DNA of 64,000 bases from an uncultured Holophaga sp. (GTDB taxonomy: Bacteria; Acidobacteriota; Holophagae; Holophagales; Holophagaceae). A program made the position numbers and the translations under genes. Where the stretch lies: assembly GCA_963664825.1 (NCBI GenBank), contig OY761614.1, forward strand, positions 416,001 through 480,000, in the 5' to 3' direction. Shown here in pieces: positions 56,601-64,000 of this stretch. The notes below the pieces were generated by a model. That model searched no databases. It saw nothing but the letters and a program-made list of their open reading frames with translations, and had not been told where the DNA came from. Each line of letters begins with the position of its first letter. The first letter of the stretch is position 1.

Positions 56601-59600
56601 TGCAGAACTCCGTTCCCCGCACACGCGGGGATGATCCGCCGGTCCTGAATCCCGTGGCAACCTCCGCGTCCCGTTCCCCGCACACGCGGGGATGATCCGG
56701 GATGCCATCCATGGAAATGACGGCATGACATCCGTTCCCCGCACACGCGGGGATGATCCGAGCACGCGGCATGGAGTGACTCCGGGGAAACTCCGTTCCC
56801 CGCACACGCGGGGATGATCCGCCATCGGCATCTCTGGCGCCTACCTTTCCGCACCGTTCCCCGCACACGCGGGGATGATCCGCGAAACGGCGGACCCAAT
56901 ACTATCATCGCATCCCGTTCCCCGCACACGCGGGGATGATCCGTGTGGCCACGAGTTCATCGTCACCACTGCTTACCGTTCCCCGCACACGCGGGGATGA
57001 TCCGGTCTTCATGATGCTTTCTCCTTCCGCTCTGCCCCGTTCCCCGCACACGCGGGGATGATCCGTCCTCCCGATGCAGGTGACTGGCGAGGATGGCCCG
57101 TTCCCCGCACACGCGGGGATGATCCGGGAGGCAGCATGAGCGGAGGCGGCGGTCACATCCGTTCCCCGCACACGCGGGGATGATCCGCACCGGAAACGCC
57201 GGGAACTGATTCGGCTGGGCCGTTCCCCGCACACGCGGGGATGATCCGTTTTTCCGAGAACCATTCGAGAGCGGGATGCACCGTTCCCCGCACACGCGGG
57301 GATGATCCGACTCCGATCACCATCGAGTCCGAGGCGGACGGCCGTTCCCCGCACACGCGGGGATGATCCGGAAGCCGACCGCTCGGACATGCGCTGGGCC
57401 TTCCGTTCCCCGCACACGCGGGGATGATCCGCGGCTAAACATCCACCGTTCCGGCGATGGCACCCGTTCCCCGCACACGCGGGGATGATCCGTCCTTCAG
57501 GCGAATCTCGACATGGCCAAAATCCCGTTCCCCGCACACGCGGGGATGATCCGCGGGAAATGGGACTCGCATCGCGGGCAATGAACCGTTCCCCGCACAC
57601 GCGGGGATGATCCGGGGCAGCAAGAGAGCCTCCAGCAGGCCAAGACCCGTTCCCCGCACACGCGGGGATGATCCGCATCTCGCCTTTTTCCATGGCCCAC
57701 TTAGCAGCCGTTCCCCGCACACGCGGGGATGATCCGATCATTCCCGGACCCCACGCGGATCGTATTCGCCGTTCCCCGCACACGCGGGGATGATCCGCCC
57801 ACGGCCCCAGGACCATGGACGAGGCGAACCCGTTCCCCGCACACGCGGGGATGATCCGATTGGCGTCACGGGCGGTCGTTTCCAGCACGGCCGTTCCCCG
57901 CACACGCGGGGATGATCCGTAGCCATGTCAGACCACCCGCTTCAGGAGTTGCCGTTCCCCGCACACGCGGGGATGATCCGATCCGCCCGTTCATCGCGCC
58001 GCCTCCGAGCTGCCGTTCCCCGCACACGCGGGGATGATCCGCGTTGTAGTACCCGTAGCCCATCCCGACCCGGCCGTTCCCCGCACACGCGGGGATGATC
58101 CGAGCCACCCTGGTTTTAATCCCCAGCATGACCTCCGTTCCCCGCACACGCGGGGATGATCCGCAGTATCACAAGGTGTCGCTGATCCTCACGGGCCGTT
58201 CCCCGCACACGCGGGGATGATCCGTCCTGCTTTTTGATCTGATCTTGAGCCTCCAGCCGTTCCCCGCACACGCGGGGATGATCCGGGAGCGGGACTGGAG
58301 GCACGTAGGGCTGGCATCCGTTCCCCGCACACGCGGGGATGATCCGTGGGGGGCCTACAACGACACTCTCTCCACCGGCCGTTCCCCGCACACGCGGGGA
58401 TGATCCGGCACCTCGTACCCGTGGACCGTTGGCGCGGGCCCGTTCCCCGCACACGCGGGGATGATCCGATCTCGGCACCCTGGGCCAGCCAGTCACGGAG
58501 CCGTTCCCCGCACACGCGGGGATGATCCGTTCCGCGCCTGGCTGGAATTCCTTCATGCGGCCCGTTCCCCGCACACGCGGGGATGATCCGCAGCTCACGC
58601 ATGACCAACTTGGGAAACTGCTCCGTTCCCCGCACACGCGGGGATGATCCGCTGGCGTCATGAGCGAGAAGCAAACCTTCATCCCGTTCCCCGCACACGC
58701 GGGGATGATCCGTTCTCCCGATGCAGGTGACTGGCGAGGATGGCCCGTTCCCCGCACACGCGGGGATGATCCGGTGAAGCAGAACCCGATCGACAGCGAC
58801 CCGAACCGTTCCCCGCACACGCGGGGATGATCCGCGCAATGGCAGCTCTTAGCGCCAAATTGACGGCCGTTCCCCGCACACGCGGGGATGATCCGATTTA
58901 CCACGATCAAGGCACCAGCCATGCAGACCGTTCCCCGCACACGCGGGGATGATCCGTTCAACCTCATGGCGGCCATCTGCGCACAGGACCGTTCCCCGCA
59001 CACGCGGGGATGATCCGGATTTTCGGTCCTTCTCCGGGATCTCGGTCCACCGTTCCCCGCACACGCGGGGATGATCCGTCGAGATCCGTGTCCAGCACCA
59101 CGTTGATGCGCCGTTCCCCGCACACGCGGGGATGATCCGTGGAAACCGGATTCTTAGTTGTCGGGTGCCATCCGTTCCCCGCACACGCGGGGATGATCCG
59201 GAGACCCGATGCCGCTTGAAATTGAGCCCGAACCGTTCCCCGCACACGCGGGGATGATCCGTTCAGCGCCTGGCTGGAATTCCTTCATGCGGCCCGTTCC
59301 CCGCACACGCGGGGATGATCCGTGGGATTTCAATCCCTGGACAGGTGCCAGGGTCCGTTCCCCGCACACGCGGGGATGATCCGGGCGACGCGGTGATTAT
59401 GGCGGCCAGCGCGGACCGTTCCCCGCACACGCGGGGATGATCCGACTCCCGGGCAGCGGGGCCAGGCAGTAACGCCCCGTTCCCCGCACACGCGGGGATG
59501 ATCCGTCTTCGTAGTGGGCGGATAGGGCTGCAATCATCCGTTCCCCGCACACGCGGGGATGATCCGCCGGTGCTCATCGGCTATGCGGTTCACTTCAACC

Positions 59601-60341
59601 GTTCCCCGCACACGCGGGGATGATCCGCCGCGATCCGCGTGGCTGAGATGCTGTCCACCCCGTTCCCCGCACACGCGGGGATGATCCGCCCCGGGATTAC
59701 CGCTGGTGCGCCACCTGTTCCCGTTCCCCGCACACGCGGGGATGATCCGATTGGAGGTATGAGCAGGATTCCCCTCCCCCACCGTTCCCCGCACACGCGG
59801 GGATGATCCGGATTCAACCAAGGTCGAGATCATCCATCCCGTCCGTTCCCCGCACACGCGGGGATGATCCGCCACGAGACGGCTGTCCTTGCACTCCGGG
59901 GGACCGTTCCCCGCACACGCGGGGATGATCCGCAGCGCCCCCGATTCGTCCGGGCCACAGGCCGCCGTTCCCCGCACACGCGGGGATGATCCGTCCAGGA
60001 CGAGGCTCAAGCGGGCGGGGGAGATCCGTTCCCCGCACACGCGGGGATGATCCGCTGCTGGAGTTCGACCGTCATGCCGTGGCCTTCCGTTCCCCGCACA
60101 CGCGGGGATGATCCGGGGTTCAGGGTCGCCATCTTCTCGGGTGCAGACCGTTCCCCGCACACGCGGGGATGATCCGCGGAGCGCAGAACAGAGCCAAAGG
60201 CTGCGCATCCGTTCCCCGCACACGCGGGGGTGATCCGAGCACCCGGAAGCCCCATCAATGCGAGTGGTGCCGTTCCCCGCACACGCGGGGATGATCCGTT
60301 AGCTAGGGGGCGAGGCCCCCGGAAAGAGGACCGTTCCCCGC
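53682..60341 (+). CRISPR. Type I-E CRISPR array: 109 full 29-nt repeats (CCGTTCCCCGCACACGCGGGGATGATCCG), 1 truncated repeat, 109 spacers of 32 nt
   Basis: Exact 61-bp period from 53682 to 60331; CCCCGC/GCGGGG hairpin; one variant repeat seen (A>G at 60230); last repeat stops after 11 nt. Confidence 0.99.
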
Positions 60342-60393
60342 TGTCAGGCGACATCTAAAACTGACCCCCTGGCGACAGAAGTATTGACCCCCG
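60342..60393 (+). mobile_element. Solo IS21-family-like terminal sequence (no transposase in the window)
   Basis: Starts TGT, then two tandem ~24-nt units GGCGACATCTAAAACTGACCCCCT / GGCGACAGAAGTATTGACCCCCG, the multiple-repeat architecture of IS21 ends. Confidence 0.7.
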
Positions 60394-60400
60394 TGTTCCC

Positions 60401-60606
60401 CAGACGCTGAGGCCAGGCTCCGCCCGGTCGCAGCGTGGGGGTTCCGGGGAGGCATCGTGAGCGCCAGCAAGCAGGCGGTTCCGCCGAACAGCGCCAGACG
60501 CTGAGGCCGGGCTCCGCCTGGCCGCGGCGTGGGGGTCCCGGGGGGACACCGCGAGCAATAGCGAGCAGGCGGTCCCCCCGGACAGCGCCGTCTCCCCCCG
60601 GACAGC
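60401..60606. repeat. Two tandem 94-bp palindromic units plus a partial third
   Basis: Units at 60401-60494 and 60495-60588 both start CAGACGCTGAGGCC(A/G)GGCTCCGCC; unit 2 has a CCGGGGGGAC/GTCCCCCCGG stem; CCCCCCGGACAGC is repeated at 60594-60606. Confidence 0.8.
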
Positions 60607-60624
60607 ATCGGCTAGAATCAGGCC

Positions 60625-60944
60625 ATGCCCCACCCCTCCCCAACCCCCGGCACCAGCACGACCACCAAGACCCGGTCCAAGGCCAAGCTGCAGCCGCCGG
60701 TCCTCTGGAAGGTGATCCTCCACAACGACGACTACACCACCCAGGACTTCGTGGTGTGGGTGCTCCGGGACGTGTTCCGGAAGGCCGAGGACGAGGCCGT
60801 GCGCATCATGCTGGATGTGCATCGCCGAGGCAAGGGCGTGGCGGGCATCTATCCCATGGACGTGGCCGACACCAAGCTCGCCAAGGTGAAGGAACTGGCC
60901 GAACGCAACGAATTCCCCCTGCTCTGCACGCTGGAGCCCGAATA

Positions 60945-60945
<1 letters not shown>
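60625..60945 (+). CDS. clpS: ClpS adaptor
   Basis: KVILHNDDYTTQDFV, MLDVH, FPLLCTLE; TAATG overlap with clpA. Confidence 0.96.
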
Positions 60946-63197
<2,252 letters not shown>

Positions 63198-63227
63198 GGC
63201 TAGGCCGTTGTCACGGGAAGAGGCTGT

Positions 63228-64000
63228 ATGCACCAGGCCGCACAGATCCGGGAGACACTGGAGCTGAATAACGAGCTCCGCTGGAGGCTCAGCCAATACC
63301 TCCAGGAGGCTCCCCGGGCCATCACACGGGAATGGATGGAGGAGGTCAATCCCGGTGGCGATCTCTCGGAGGAGGCCGCCTTCACCGCGCTCCTGGCGGC
63401 CCTCTGCGGGCTCGACACCGGAGGAAGCGAACGGGACAAGAGGCTGGCCGACGAATACCTGCGCCCGGGGGTCCGGCGCCTGGACCCGGGCGTCTACGCC
63501 GCAAACCCCTACTACCGGGATATCCGCATCCCGGAGGAGCGCTTCGGCCGCTGGGAATTGCGGCGCGAACACTACGCCCCGTTCGAGGGCTTCGTCTGCG
63601 GCGATCTCATCCTGGGGCCCGGGCTCCGGGAGATCCCGCGCATCGGTTTCTTCTCGGAAGCCTTCTCCTTCCCCGTCGTCCTGGAGGAGGGACGGGAATG
63701 GATGGCCATCAAGCCCAACGAGATCGAGACCATGCAACCGGCCCTGGACCGGGTGGAAGGCCGGGTCCTGGCCCTGGGACTGGGCCTCGGATACTTCGCC
63801 TACATGGCTTCCCTCAAGGCAGGAGTCCAAAGCGTCACCATCCTGGAGCGGGACCCGGAGGCGATCCGGCTCTTCGAGAGCCGCATCCTCCCCCAGTTCA
63901 GCCACGCAGAGAAGATCGAGATCTGCCCGGGGGACGCCTTCGCATACCTCGAGAAGCGGATGCCCCAGGGGCCTTTCGATTTCGCCTTCGTGGATCTCTG
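63228..64000 (+). CDS. Class I SAM-dependent methyltransferase / spermidine-synthase-like protein, 3' end beyond the window
   Basis: Own translation (absent from the ORF track): MHQAAQIRE...WMAIKPNE...VLALGLGLGYFAY...TILERD...GDAF...FDFAFVDL; open to the window end. Confidence 0.8.
   Translation, partial: MHQAAQIRETLELNNELRWRLSQYLQEAPRAITREWMEEVNPGGDLSEEAAFTALLAALCGLDTGGSERDKRLADEYLRPGVRRLDPGVYAANPYYRDIRIPEERFGRWELRREHYAPFEGFVCGDLILGPGLREIPRIGFFSEAFSFPVVLEEGREWMAIKPNEIETMQPALDRVEGRVLALGLGLGYFAYMASLKAGVQSVTILERDPEAIRLFESRILPQFSHAEKIEICPGDAFAYLEKRMPQGPFDFAFVDL

Noticed and set aside
53682..60341. Self-targeting spacers
   Set aside because: No spacer match within this window was seen by eye; the rest of the genome cannot be checked here.
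53246..60354. Many minus-strand ORFs with repeating RIIPACAGN / DHPRVCGER / GSSPRVRGT peptides
   Set aside because: They are translations of the CRISPR repeat, not genes.
45208..60393. CRISPR-associated transposon (CAST)
   Set aside because: cas3 and cas1/cas2 are intact, and no tnsABC/tniQ or istAB genes are present; only one IS-like end is seen.
60391..60422. GTGTTCCCCAGACGC...TCCG, about one period after the truncated repeat, as a degenerate terminal repeat
   Set aside because: Most of it belongs to the 94-bp palindromic unit, which recurs at 60495, and the repeat hairpin is absent; probably coincidence.

Overview
GC-rich bacterial chromosomal window. The gene content suggests Acidobacteriota, Holophagae (Geothrix/Holophaga-like); this is inference only. 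Left to right: a secreted retropepsin-like protease, dnaE, an Xre-RES toxin-antitoxin pair, lon (with an in-frame palindromic-repeat insertion), a lower-GC secreted hypothetical protein, a PilZ-REC gene, clpX, greA, ybaK and a YoaK/DUF1275 gene. Next come a 7-gene hydrogenase-4-like operon whose large subunit lacks the NiFe ligands (Ehr-type), DUF2721, a sphingomyelin-synthase-like PAP2 protein, and an ABC/MFP/OMF exporter with a LytS/LytTR pair. These are followed by a co-oriented locus of RpiR regulator, TonB-dependent receptor, secreted cyanophycinase, M14 peptidase, isoaspartyl dipeptidase, YfcC transporter and M28 peptidase, which looks like a cyanophycin-scavenging system. The rest holds ptb, a probably 3'-truncated SDR, a complete type I-E CRISPR-Cas operon with a 109-spacer array whose last repeat is cut by an IS21-like end, clpS-clpA and a partial SAM-dependent methyltransferase. 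Most notable: the cyanophycin locus, two spacer pairs that differ by one base in the seed region, a palindromic repeat family found both in-frame inside lon and beside the CRISPR array, and a PilZ/atypical-receiver gene directly behind clpX. All calls rest on motif recognition by eye; no searches were run.
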